DNA from: an uncultured SAR86 cluster bacterium
Lineage (GTDB): Bacteria > Pseudomonadota > Gammaproteobacteria > Magnimaribacterales > AG-339-G14
DNA length: 64,000 nucleotides
Direction of reading: 5' to 3'
Assembly (NCBI GenBank): GCA_902536295.1
Contig: CACAWS010000003.1
Location: 41,606 to 105,605, forward strand
Part shown: piece by piece, positions 19,478 to 28,137 of the stretch
Layout of the letters: each line of letters opens with the position of its first letter
Numbering within the stretch: the first letter of the stretch is position 1
The notes under the pieces: generated by a model
Databases searched by the model: none
Seen by the model: the letters and a program-made list of their open reading frames with translations, nothing else
What the model was told of the DNA's origin: nothing
Translations under genes and position numbers: made by a program

Positions 19478-19963
19478 ATGAAAAATAAATTAAAAAACCT
19501 TGCTAGTCTGAAACGGCTTTCGGAAGCCATGCTAACTTTTGAGCTAAAAAAGTATGAGGTGATAGCTAAATTTGCTGAAACTTCGGATTGGAATCAGGTT
19601 TATGTCAATGATAGTCGATACGAGCTGATCAGATTAATTATGGTTTCAAATTTTATAACTAAAGGATTTTTTACCATGAGCGATTTAGTGGGTATCACTA
19701 ATTTAAATACAAGAAGTATTGAAAGATTAATTAGTAGAGCTACTAAACAAGGCTATTTCAAAAAAGTTCCTAGCAAAGATAAAAGAGTAATTGAGTACCA
19801 TCCAACTGTAGAAGCTTTTTCAATGGTAGCAATGCATCTTTCATTATTTGAAGTTTTAGTTAATTCCTTAGGGCCTCACGTCAAAGATATCCTCGAAAAA
19901 GAAGTTGGCGTTTCTTTAGAACAAATTAATGAGGTAATAGCTGAGCTTCAAGAGCCAAAATAA
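19478..19963 (+). CDS. winged-helix (MarR-like) transcriptional regulator, family uncertain
   Basis: 161 aa. A central helix-turn-helix-like stretch reads FTMSDLVGITNLNTRSIERLISRATKQGYFKKVPSKDKRVIEYHPT. It is divergent from the sulfatase operon. Confidence 0.5.
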   Translation: MKNKLKNLASLKRLSEAMLTFELKKYEVIAKFAETSDWNQVYVNDSRYELIRLIMVSNFITKGFFTMSDLVGITNLNTRSIERLISRATKQGYFKKVPSKDKRVIEYHPTVEAFSMVAMHLSLFEVLVNSLGPHVKDILEKEVGVSLEQINEVIAELQEPK

Positions 19964-19994
19964 AAAAAGCGCCTAATTAATCAGGCGCTTTTTT
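19962..19994. terminator. bidirectional rho-independent terminator between convergent regulator and receptor genes
   Basis: The element reads AAAAAAA-AGCGCCT-aattaatc-AGGCGCT-TTTTTT. It has a 7-bp GC-rich stem and an 8-nt loop, with an A-run upstream and a T-run downstream. Confidence 0.85.
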
Positions 19995-20023
19995 ATGAAT
20001 AAACTTAAATGATAAGTTCTAAC

Positions 20024-22516
20024 TTAGAATTCAGAAGTCCACTGAACTCCGATCTGTCTTCCTTGTGCAAGTTGGTTTCGTGCTCCACCTCCAGAAGCTC
20101 TTGGTAACATAAGAGCAACATTGTAATACTGCTCATCTAAACAATTCTTACAGAACAGCGAAAGATCATAACCTTCCTTAGTTGAAAGAGTCATGTCAAA
20201 GTTCAATAGAGAGTATGGATCGACATCAACTACTCCTGGATAGTCTTCGACAAACAAAATATATTTATCTTTGTAAGCATAAGAAGCAGTATAAGCAATA
20301 TCTCCCAACTCTGTTGATTGAACATGTTCCAAACTCAAAGAAAGATTATTGTCTGCAGTAAATGGTAGTGGTAAACCCGCCATCTGTTTTCCATTAGGAT
20401 TACTTGAGCCAGCACCATAAGTTGCGTCGTTAACAAAATCATCCCAAGTACCGTCAATATAGGCATATGCGACAGACAATTTGGTTGTTGGACCTAGTAA
20501 AGTTCTAAACGCCACATCGAGCCCAGAAATTGATGCATCTCCGAATACTAATTTCCCATATGGTCCTGTAGGTCCCATAGCAACTAATAAATTTTGTTTA
20601 TTATCGTAATCATAATCGTAATAAATTAACTCAAGCTGGCTGCCATTGCCAAAGGTAGTTTTATAACCTGCTTCCATCATAGTTATTTCTTCATCTCCTG
20701 AAGGGACGCTGGCAACAGCTGCAGACCATTGCGCAAAACTTGGCGAGCCGATTTTATAACCATTGGAATAAGTGAACCAAGCTAGACTATCGTCAAATAC
20801 ATATTCTAAAGTAGCCTTTGGAGTAAATTCTTCCGCTTCAATAACAATTTCGCCGGTATCGAACGGAGCTAGCATTAGTATCACACCAAGTCCATTAGTT
20901 TGACCTGTATAAGTGTAGGGCTTACTGTGGTCGGTATATCTTCCGGCTAAAAGCAAAGATAAATCATCGGTTAAAGGAAATTTAACGCTTCCGAAAATTG
21001 CCGTTACTTCAGTGTCAATACTGACTGTGGCGATGTTATCAAATCTACCACCCGCAAGAGCATTATTGAAGTTAGCAAGGTCAGTAGTGCCGTTAAAATT
21101 ATTTCCTCTTGGAGTATCAGGATTAGCATAGGCTGCACAATTCCCAGATACAGCACAAGCATTTACTGCTGCAATCACTGATGCCATATCAGCTGGATTT
21201 GCCCTTGGATCTAATTCTGTGCCATTTTCATTATTTACCATTGCAACTGCTGCGCCTATTACAAAAGCATGAGGCAAGCCATCTGGGCCTGTAGAAAAAT
21301 TATCGCTTCTTGTTCCTTCATCTTGCATTGCATAAAGACCCGCAGACCATGTAATTCCAGAATCTGTTTCTGAATCTAATCTCAATTCAAAAGTCATAGT
21401 TTCAGTATCAGCAGCATGACTTTGAATCATTACGTCTGAAACAAACGAATCAAAATCTCTTGATTCTCCAGAATTAGCCTTTTGATATCCAAAAAGCGTA
21501 GTAAGAGAATAGTCATCAAAATCCACTTGATAATTCAATCCAAAATTAATTGTTTCAGTAAAATTAAAACCATCCGTAGTCAACTCTTGAGCTCGAGGAT
21601 CCGCAATTGAATCGGCATAAATTGCATTAGCGGTATTTTTGGCACCTTGAACTCCATCAACGTTTGGCGCAGGTAAATCATTAGGCACACAAAAATCAGT
21701 TGATCCCGGAATGGCAGGAGTCAACACATAATGAGCTAGAGGATTGGCAGAATTACATAAGAAGTAAGGTTCAGATATTACTGCTTCTTGCATTAAAGTT
21801 GTATGTGATAAAGAAGCATTCCACTCGCCAGCATTGGTTTCACCGTAAAATTGTAATTTTGCTACCTGGACATCCGCCCCATTGTTATTCCCATAAGTTG
21901 TTTCAGTCATGGTGCCATCGTCGGTGGTTTTTTGTAGATTAAATCTTGCTGAAACTGAATCGGTGACCCCTCCTTGAATCATCAAATCTGAGGTAACTAA
22001 ACCAATAGTTCCTGCTCCTATACTTAATCTTGCCATTTGCTCTTGAGTTGCTTTTTTTGAAACAACGTTAACTATTCCACCAAGAGCATTGGTACCATAA
22101 AGCGCTCCTTGCGGTCCTTTAAGAATCTCTAAACGTTCAACGTCGTTAAAATTTTGTGTCATAGTTGAAATTCTAGGCTGAGCAATTCCGTCAATCACCA
22201 TAATTACACCTGGGTCAGTAGCGATATCAAAAGCATATGAACCAACTCCTCTAATTCTTAAGTTCATTCTAGACTTTCCTTCCCCAGCTACCACCAAATC
22301 TGGTGAAACTAAAGATAGTCCTTCGATATTGTTGGCTCTTGCTGATTGCAAACCTTCGCCACTTATTGCAGTAACTGCAGCTGCAGTATCCATTACAGTA
22401 GAATCAGATTTTGTAGCTGTAACAACTAACTCTTCTAAAGTAGCTTGAGTAAAACCAGCACTTGAAAATACAGTCAAAGCAAAAAATGCAATTGCAGAAG
22501 TTTTATAATTTCTCAT
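20024..22516 (-). CDS. TonB-dependent receptor
   Basis: It has a signal peptide, LEELVVTATKSDS (TonB box/plug), LEILKGPQGALYGTNALGGIVNVV, and a C-terminal ...QWTSEF. Confidence 0.92.
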   Translation of the reverse strand: MRNYKTSAIAFFALTVFSSAGFTQATLEELVVTATKSDSTVMDTAAAVTAISGEGLQSARANNIEGLSLVSPDLVVAGEGKSRMNLRIRGVGSYAFDIATDPGVIMVIDGIAQPRISTMTQNFNDVERLEILKGPQGALYGTNALGGIVNVVSKKATQEQMARLSIGAGTIGLVTSDLMIQGGVTDSVSARFNLQKTTDDGTMTETTYGNNNGADVQVAKLQFYGETNAGEWNASLSHTTLMQEAVISEPYFLCNSANPLAHYVLTPAIPGSTDFCVPNDLPAPNVDGVQGAKNTANAIYADSIADPRAQELTTDGFNFTETINFGLNYQVDFDDYSLTTLFGYQKANSGESRDFDSFVSDVMIQSHAADTETMTFELRLDSETDSGITWSAGLYAMQDEGTRSDNFSTGPDGLPHAFVIGAAVAMVNNENGTELDPRANPADMASVIAAVNACAVSGNCAAYANPDTPRGNNFNGTTDLANFNNALAGGRFDNIATVSIDTEVTAIFGSVKFPLTDDLSLLLAGRYTDHSKPYTYTGQTNGLGVILMLAPFDTGEIVIEAEEFTPKATLEYVFDDSLAWFTYSNGYKIGSPSFAQWSAAVASVPSGDEEITMMEAGYKTTFGNGSQLELIYYDYDYDNKQNLLVAMGPTGPYGKLVFGDASISGLDVAFRTLLGPTTKLSVAYAYIDGTWDDFVNDATYGAGSSNPNGKQMAGLPLPFTADNNLSLSLEHVQSTELGDIAYTASYAYKDKYILFVEDYPGVVDVDPYSLLNFDMTLSTKEGYDLSLFCKNCLDEQYYNVALMLPRASGGGARNQLAQGRQIGVQWTSEF

Positions 22517-22669
22517 TTATTCCCCCTAATAGAATTCAATTTAAAATTTTATTTTTAAAACTACTCAATTAAAAGTCTTTTTGTCCGTCTTTGAGTCGGC
22601 AATAAGAAAAATAAACATATTTTCTACTGTTTTTTGATAAGATAATTTCTTCAATAGTTGAGGAGATAT

Positions 22670-22972
22670 ATGTCTGAAAAAGTTTACGTAATTGCAAATT
22701 TTGAAATAAGTAATTCTGAAGAATTTAGAAATTATGAAAAGGGTTTTTTTGGAATTTTAAAAAAGCATGGTGGAGAATTTATTACTTTTGATGATACCCC
22801 AGAAAAAATTGAAGGCGAAGGACTGAAAGGAAGAGTTGCAATGTGGACATTCAATTCAAAGGATGAGTTTGACAGCTGGTACAACGACGAAGAATATCAA
22901 AAGTTGTCCAAAGATCACAGACATCCAAATTCGATTATGCACAATTTGTCTGTCATTAAAAGTTTAGGATAA
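22670..22972 (+). CDS. DUF1330 domain protein (dimeric alpha/beta-barrel superfamily)
   Basis: The sequence KVYVIANFEISNSEEFRNYEKGF...HGGEFI matches DUF1330. The ATG at 22670 is preceded by AGGAGA. The ORF-track TTG at 22658 would include that RBS. Confidence 0.75.
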   Translation: MSEKVYVIANFEISNSEEFRNYEKGFFGILKKHGGEFITFDDTPEKIEGEGLKGRVAMWTFNSKDEFDSWYNDEEYQKLSKDHRHPNSIMHNLSVIKSLG

Positions 22973-22981
22973 TTTAATAAA

Positions 22982-24112
22982 ATGCAGCTTAATTTCTTTA
23001 ATAAACCCCACTTTGAAAACGGATCTTTAAAAAAAATTTCTGAAGTTTTAAAGGCACATGGGATAAAAAAACCTCTTATATGTACAGACCCTGGCCTTGC
23101 CTCTATTGGTATGACAGACAAAATAAGAAATCTTTTATCAAATGAACTCTCACCAACTTTTTATGAAGAAACTCCAGCAAATCCCACTGAAAAAGCAGTC
23201 GATGAAGCTTTAGAGGCCTACAAGACTAATGACTGCGACGGAGTTATAGGTTTTGGAGGAGGATCAAGCATGGACTTAGGAAAAGCCGTTGCGCTGATGG
23301 CTAACCATGAAGGCAATGTTATCGATTATTCTCTTAACGAAGGTGGTTTTACAAAAATAAAAAAAACTGTGCCTATGATAGCCATTCCCACTACTTCGGG
23401 AACTGGGAGTGAAGTATCCGTAGGCTCGGTAATCATTATGAATGATGGAAGAAAACTTATTTTAGCAAGTGAACATTTGAGACCCGATGCAGCAATCTGC
23501 GATCCCGAGCTAACAGTGGGGTTGCCTCCTATTTTAACCGCTGGGGCTGGAATGGATGCCCTAACTCATTGTATTGAAGCGATAATGTCTCCAATTAATG
23601 ATCCCCCCGCTGAGGCAGTTGGTCTAGATGGGATCGAGAAAATAGTTCGCGATGATAGTTTGATTAATGCTTGTAAAGATGGTCAAGATTTAGATGCTCG
23701 ATGGAATATGATGATGGCATCTACTGAAGGGGCGATGGCTTTTTCGAAAGGTCTTGGAGCAGTTCATTCCATGAGTCATGCAATTGGAGCAAACCAAGAA
23801 TTAAGATTGCATCATGGAACTTTAAACGGCGTAATTCTACCCACTGTGATTAGGTTTAATAAAGATCATGTCGGAAACAAATTACCTAGGATTTTAAAAG
23901 CAATGGGTAAAAGCGAATCTGCTGATCTTGCTGACGAAATAGAAAAATTCAACGAGAAGATAAATTTACCCAGCGGACTCAGAGAAATGGGTGTTACAGA
24001 AGAAATGATTCCCAAACTTGTAGAACATTCGATCACAGATCCAAGCAATGTCACTACTCCTAGACTCCCATCTCCTGAAGAATGGGAACAATTATTTTTG
24101 AGTGCAATGTAA
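22982..24112 (+). CDS. iron-containing (group III) alcohol dehydrogenase
   Basis: Motifs GFGGGSSMDLGKA, ALTHCIEA and HSMSHAIG (metal-binding His residues). Confidence 0.88.
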   Translation: MQLNFFNKPHFENGSLKKISEVLKAHGIKKPLICTDPGLASIGMTDKIRNLLSNELSPTFYEETPANPTEKAVDEALEAYKTNDCDGVIGFGGGSSMDLGKAVALMANHEGNVIDYSLNEGGFTKIKKTVPMIAIPTTSGTGSEVSVGSVIIMNDGRKLILASEHLRPDAAICDPELTVGLPPILTAGAGMDALTHCIEAIMSPINDPPAEAVGLDGIEKIVRDDSLINACKDGQDLDARWNMMMASTEGAMAFSKGLGAVHSMSHAIGANQELRLHHGTLNGVILPTVIRFNKDHVGNKLPRILKAMGKSESADLADEIEKFNEKINLPSGLREMGVTEEMIPKLVEHSITDPSNVTTPRLPSPEEWEQLFLSAM

Positions 24113-24128
24113 TTAATTATTTTAGATT

Positions 24129-24887
24129 ATGGAAAAGGTTTGTTTAGTAATTGGAGCTGGTGCGGGAATTGGTGGAACCGTCGCCAAAAAATTTGCTGCC
24201 AACGGATATCACGCTTTCTTAGCACGAAGAACTGATGAAGAAGGATTAAATAAACTAATTAATGAAATAGAAACATCGGGAGGCAAAGCTTCTGGCTCCT
24301 TACTAAATGTGATCGAAGAAAATTCAATTGAAGATTTAGTAAACAAAATTGAGTCTGAGATTGGTCCAATAGATACAGTCATTTATAACATAGGAGCTCA
24401 AATTGGGGACAGAGCCCTTGCCGAAACCAGCTATAAGGCCTTTGAGATGGGTTGGAGAATGGCTACGTTTGGACTTTTTAGATTAGCCCAGGTTGTCACG
24501 CCAAAAATGAAAGAGAGGCAAGCTGGCAATATAATTGTTACATCAGCTACTTCAGCTGTAAGAGGAAACGGTGGTCAACATTCTCATGCTGCTGCCATGG
24601 GAGGTAGAAGGATGTTATGTCAATCATTGAATGCTGAATTTTCTAAAGATGGTATTCATGTTGCTCATGTAATTATTGATGGCGCTGTGGATGCGCCTGA
24701 TACTTTAGGAAAAATGTTAGGACCTGATTTATTTGAAAAATTTAAAGAACAGAAAGGCGAAAACGGAATGATTTTACCTGAAGAAGTAGCCGAGACATAT
24801 TTATTCATTGCAAAACAAAAAAAATCTACTTGGACTCACGAAATTGACATAAGAGCTTTTTCTGACCAAGCTTGGTGGAATCACTAA
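24129..24887 (+). CDS. atypical short-chain dehydrogenase/reductase family protein
   Basis: It has a Rossmann motif (VIGAGAGIGG), YNIGA, TSATSAV and GIHVAHVIIDGAVD. No YxxxK occurs anywhere in the protein; the expected position reads HSHAAAMGG. Confidence 0.75.
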   Translation: MEKVCLVIGAGAGIGGTVAKKFAANGYHAFLARRTDEEGLNKLINEIETSGGKASGSLLNVIEENSIEDLVNKIESEIGPIDTVIYNIGAQIGDRALAETSYKAFEMGWRMATFGLFRLAQVVTPKMKERQAGNIIVTSATSAVRGNGGQHSHAAAMGGRRMLCQSLNAEFSKDGIHVAHVIIDGAVDAPDTLGKMLGPDLFEKFKEQKGENGMILPEEVAETYLFIAKQKKSTWTHEIDIRAFSDQAWWNH

Positions 24888-24904
24888 TTTAAAGGAGCCT
24901 TTTT

Positions 24905-25369
24905 ATGAAATCAGTTTTAATATTTTTACTATTTATTTCATCTGCTGCATTTGGAATGCATCACGAAAAACTTGATGTAATTGTATTTGCAATCGATCTT
25001 GAAATTATTGAAGGAAAATCGAATAGTGCTAAAGATTTTGTGACCGAGATAACAGAAAACGTAATGCGAAATGAGCCTCAAACTTTAGTTTATCAATATC
25101 ATTTTTCGAAAAGCGAAAATAAAGTTTTTTTACTAGAGATTTATCCTAATAATGAAGCAGCCTTAATACATATGAAAAATTTTACTGGCAGTAATTGGGA
25201 AGCAAAATTTGTAGAAAATTTTTCTATCAAAAGTGCAAGTATTCTAGGAAAAGCAAATTCCAAACTTAAAAAAGCAATGGAACCCTATACAACAGATTTT
25301 CGTAGTAATTTGTCAGGCTTCGATAGAGTTGCCGATCAGCTAAGTGAAGAAATCTCTAATATTAAATAA
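24905..25369 (+). CDS. exported ABM-like (antibiotic biosynthesis monooxygenase fold) protein
   Basis: It has a signal peptide (MKSVLIFLLFISSAAFG). The core EPQTLVYQYHFSKSENKVFLLEIYPNNEAALIHMKNF has the ABM/YgiN-type pattern. Confidence 0.45.
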   Translation: MKSVLIFLLFISSAAFGMHHEKLDVIVFAIDLEIIEGKSNSAKDFVTEITENVMRNEPQTLVYQYHFSKSENKVFLLEIYPNNEAALIHMKNFTGSNWEAKFVENFSIKSASILGKANSKLKKAMEPYTTDFRSNLSGFDRVADQLSEEISNIK

Positions 25370-25372
25370 AAT

Positions 25373-26509
25373 TTAGCTTAAAAAATTATTTAACCTTTCA
25401 TAAGCATTAACAAAATCTTCTTTAAATTCTTGTACTACGTCACTGGCTGAAATACTTTGATTCATTAGTCCAACTCCTTGCCCAACCCAATAAGTTGCTA
25501 AATCTTTTGCCCCTTCATGTCCTCCAGCAGCAAGTTTATTAACTTTCTGCAAGGCAGGCTCTGCCACCATAGGTTGAAGCGGCATTGGCAAAGGTTCTGG
25601 AGCTGACTCTGACTCCCAAGCTTCTGTCCAGGGTGTTACAAGCTGTCTTGAGTGTTTTCCAGTCCTGCTTCTTGACCTAACAGTTTGGCTAGAATTTGCA
25701 GCAACCATTTTTTCTTTTATTACTGGTTCAACTTCAGATTCGATTGTCGTCAGCCAAACAGAACCACACCAAGCTCCAGAAGCACCCATCGCCATTGCTG
25801 CAGCCATTTGTTTGCCTGTCACAATTCCTCCAGCTGCTAAAATCGGTACGTCTCCATATGGTTGTATGGCCTCATGTACTTCGGGAATCAAAACCATTGT
25901 TGAAACACTACCACAATGTCCACCTGCCTCTGTTCCAGAAACTACCAAAATATCTACTCCAGCTTTAACTTGATTGATAGCATGTTGTGCAGTTCCTAAC
26001 AACGCTGCAACTTTACAATTATTTTTCTTACCCATTTCAATCATCCAATCTGGTGGCACACCTAAAGCGTTTGCTATAATTTTGATAGGATGATTAAAAG
26101 CTACATCCAATAAAGCTTTAGCGCCATCAGATTGTGTATTCTCCGCAAATCCTGATCCAGCTGTATCGATTTCGCGTAATTCTGGGGCTTCTATCCCATG
26201 ATTTTCTAAAACATCTGTCCTAAAATCCGCATACTCTTGAGGAATCATCTTTGCTAATTTTTCAGGATTGAATTTCTCGTCTTTTCCAACCATTTTGTTT
26301 GGGATAAGTACGTCAACTCCATAAGGTTTTCCATCTATATGATCGTCAATCCACTTAAGCTCTTTCTCTAGCTGTTCAGGAGACATTCCTACCGCTCCCA
26401 ATACTCCACATCCTCCAGCCTTTGAAACGGCAACTACTACATCTCTACAATGTGAAAAAGCTACCAAAGGAAATTCGATATCTAACATCTCACAAATTGG
26501 TGATTTCAT
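25373..26509 (-). CDS. nitronate monooxygenase (2-nitropropane dioxygenase) family FMN oxidoreductase
   Basis: Motifs MLDIEFPLVAFS, GTEAGGH and PILAAGGIVTGKQMAAAMAMGASGAWCGSVWL. Confidence 0.82.
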   Translation of the reverse strand: MKSPICEMLDIEFPLVAFSHCRDVVVAVSKAGGCGVLGAVGMSPEQLEKELKWIDDHIDGKPYGVDVLIPNKMVGKDEKFNPEKLAKMIPQEYADFRTDVLENHGIEAPELREIDTAGSGFAENTQSDGAKALLDVAFNHPIKIIANALGVPPDWMIEMGKKNNCKVAALLGTAQHAINQVKAGVDILVVSGTEAGGHCGSVSTMVLIPEVHEAIQPYGDVPILAAGGIVTGKQMAAAMAMGASGAWCGSVWLTTIESEVEPVIKEKMVAANSSQTVRSRSRTGKHSRQLVTPWTEAWESESAPEPLPMPLQPMVAEPALQKVNKLAAGGHEGAKDLATYWVGQGVGLMNQSISASDVVQEFKEDFVNAYERLNNFLS

Positions 26510-26541
26510 TTTTTTTCTCCTAAAATTTTTTTAAATTTATC

Positions 26542-26558
26542 AGTATAAAGTTTATACT
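26542..26558. repeat. perfect 8-1-8 inverted repeat AGTATAAA-G-TTTATACT in a divergent 59-nt intergenic region
   Basis: Read directly from the sequence. It lies 10 nt upstream of the DUF1295 ATG and 33 nt upstream of the nitronate monooxygenase ATG. It could be an operator or two back-to-back TATAAA -10 boxes. Confidence 0.4.
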
Positions 26559-26568
26559 AATTTTAGTT

Positions 26569-27438
26569 ATGAAACCTTTATCTTCAATTTTTTTCACATT
26601 AATTTCAGTTTCTTTAGGACTTTTATTTACAAGCGCTCTATCATTTAATACCTTTCAATTCGGTGGAGTATCTATTCTATTTTTCGTCACTTTATATATT
26701 TTTATTTTGCAGTGGATTATTTTTATTCCGGCCTACGTAAAACAAACAGAGCATTATTTTGATCTTACAGGATCTATGACTTATATCACTTCAATCCTTT
26801 TAGTAACTTTTTTTTCACAAAATATTGATCTAAGAGATATTTTAATCTCTTCTTTGATTATTGTTTGGGCAAGTAGACTTGGATTATTTTTATCTAAGAG
26901 AGTAGCTAACGCAGGAGAAGATACTAGATTCATACACATTAAACCAAATTTCTTTCAGTTCCTAATGACTTGGACAATACAAGGACTTTGGGTATTAATG
27001 ACCGCAGGAATGGCTTTTGCAGCGTTAAGTTCAAAAAATAAATTAGGATTAGATTTGTTTGCTGCGGCTGGAGCTCTAATTTGGTTAATAGGTTTTGTTA
27101 TAGAAGTTATCTCAGACAAACAAAAAACAAAATTTAAAAATAATCCTTCAAACGAAGGAAGGTTTATAAAAGAAGGTTTATGGTCTTGGTCTAGGCATCC
27201 CAATTATTTTGGTGAAATTGTTTTATGGATTGGGATCGCTGTTATTGCCTATCCTGTGATTGAGGGATGGCAATATTTTGCATTACTGTCTCCTATTTTT
27301 GTTATTTTCCTTTTAACCAAAGTAAGTGGAATTAATCTCTTGGAAAGACAGGGAATGAAAAGATGGGGTCATGAAGAAGATTATTTGAATTACCTTAAAA
27401 GAACAAGTTCTTTAATCCCCCTTCCGCCCAAAAGTTAA
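26569..27438 (+). CDS. DUF1295 (steroid 5-alpha-reductase-like) membrane protein
   Basis: It is polytopic, and GLWSWSRHPNYFGEIVLWIG is the family signature. Confidence 0.8.
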   Translation: MKPLSSIFFTLISVSLGLLFTSALSFNTFQFGGVSILFFVTLYIFILQWIIFIPAYVKQTEHYFDLTGSMTYITSILLVTFFSQNIDLRDILISSLIIVWASRLGLFLSKRVANAGEDTRFIHIKPNFFQFLMTWTIQGLWVLMTAGMAFAALSSKNKLGLDLFAAAGALIWLIGFVIEVISDKQKTKFKNNPSNEGRFIKEGLWSWSRHPNYFGEIVLWIGIAVIAYPVIEGWQYFALLSPIFVIFLLTKVSGINLLERQGMKRWGHEEDYLNYLKRTSSLIPLPPKS

Positions 27439-27447
27439 AAGTTCAGA

Positions 27448-28065
27448 TTATTTTTCTTCAAACTTATAAGACTTAGATCTTTTAAAGGCCTCTCTTTCAA
27501 AAAGCATATCCGTATATCTCTTAATATTAGGTTTGAATGCTTGCTCTATGCCAAGCGATTCAGCGACCACAAAAGCATAACTCACACAAATGTCTGCGAT
27601 CGTAAAACGATTTGAACATAAGTATTCTCTATCGTTTAAAGTTGTCTCTAATAATTTACATCTTGAAACAAACCACCTGCTGTAACCTTCTACAGCAGCA
27701 TCCGCAACGCCTGGTTCTTGAAGTTTATATCTTAAAACAACCGTTTGTGGAAAAGTTAAAGTTGCATCAGAGTGAAAAAGCCAATTTAAATAAGCTGGAT
27801 AGTCAGGCTCATCTGGCATAACTCTCAAATCAGTTGGTCCATATTTTTCTACTAGATATTGGGACATAGCCACAGATTCTGTCATTTTCACTTCGCCGTC
27901 TATCAGATAAGGAATAGTTCCAAGCATGTTGACGTCCAAAAATTCTTTCATGAAAACTCTTGGGGGAAATGGCATCATCTCGAGCTCGTATTCTATTCCC
28001 ATCTCTTCTGCAGTCCATATAGGCCTCATTGCTCTTGAACTTTCTGTGCCCCATATTTTTATCAT
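27448..28065 (-). CDS. glutathione S-transferase
   Basis: The N-terminal thioredoxin-like domain has GTIPYLIDGEVKMTESVAMSQYL (the cis-Pro/ES motif region). The C-terminal helical domain has FTIADI. Confidence 0.8.
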   Translation of the reverse strand: MIKIWGTESSRAMRPIWTAEEMGIEYELEMMPFPPRVFMKEFLDVNMLGTIPYLIDGEVKMTESVAMSQYLVEKYGPTDLRVMPDEPDYPAYLNWLFHSDATLTFPQTVVLRYKLQEPGVADAAVEGYSRWFVSRCKLLETTLNDREYLCSNRFTIADICVSYAFVVAESLGIEQAFKPNIKRYTDMLFEREAFKRSKSYKFEEK

Positions 28066-28137
28066 ATTATTACCATTGGATTTGAATCAATCTACTTAGA
28101 AAAGTAAAATAATTATAACTTAAAAGAGAGGAATATT

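Noticed and set aside
22517-22669. Cobalamin or other riboswitch in the 153-nt leader of the second TonB-dependent receptor (and a TPP riboswitch before thiS at 49305-49317)
   Set aside because: The region is too short and AT-rich. It has no B12-box-like conserved core or multi-stem structure that I could fold. The thiS gap is only 13 nt.
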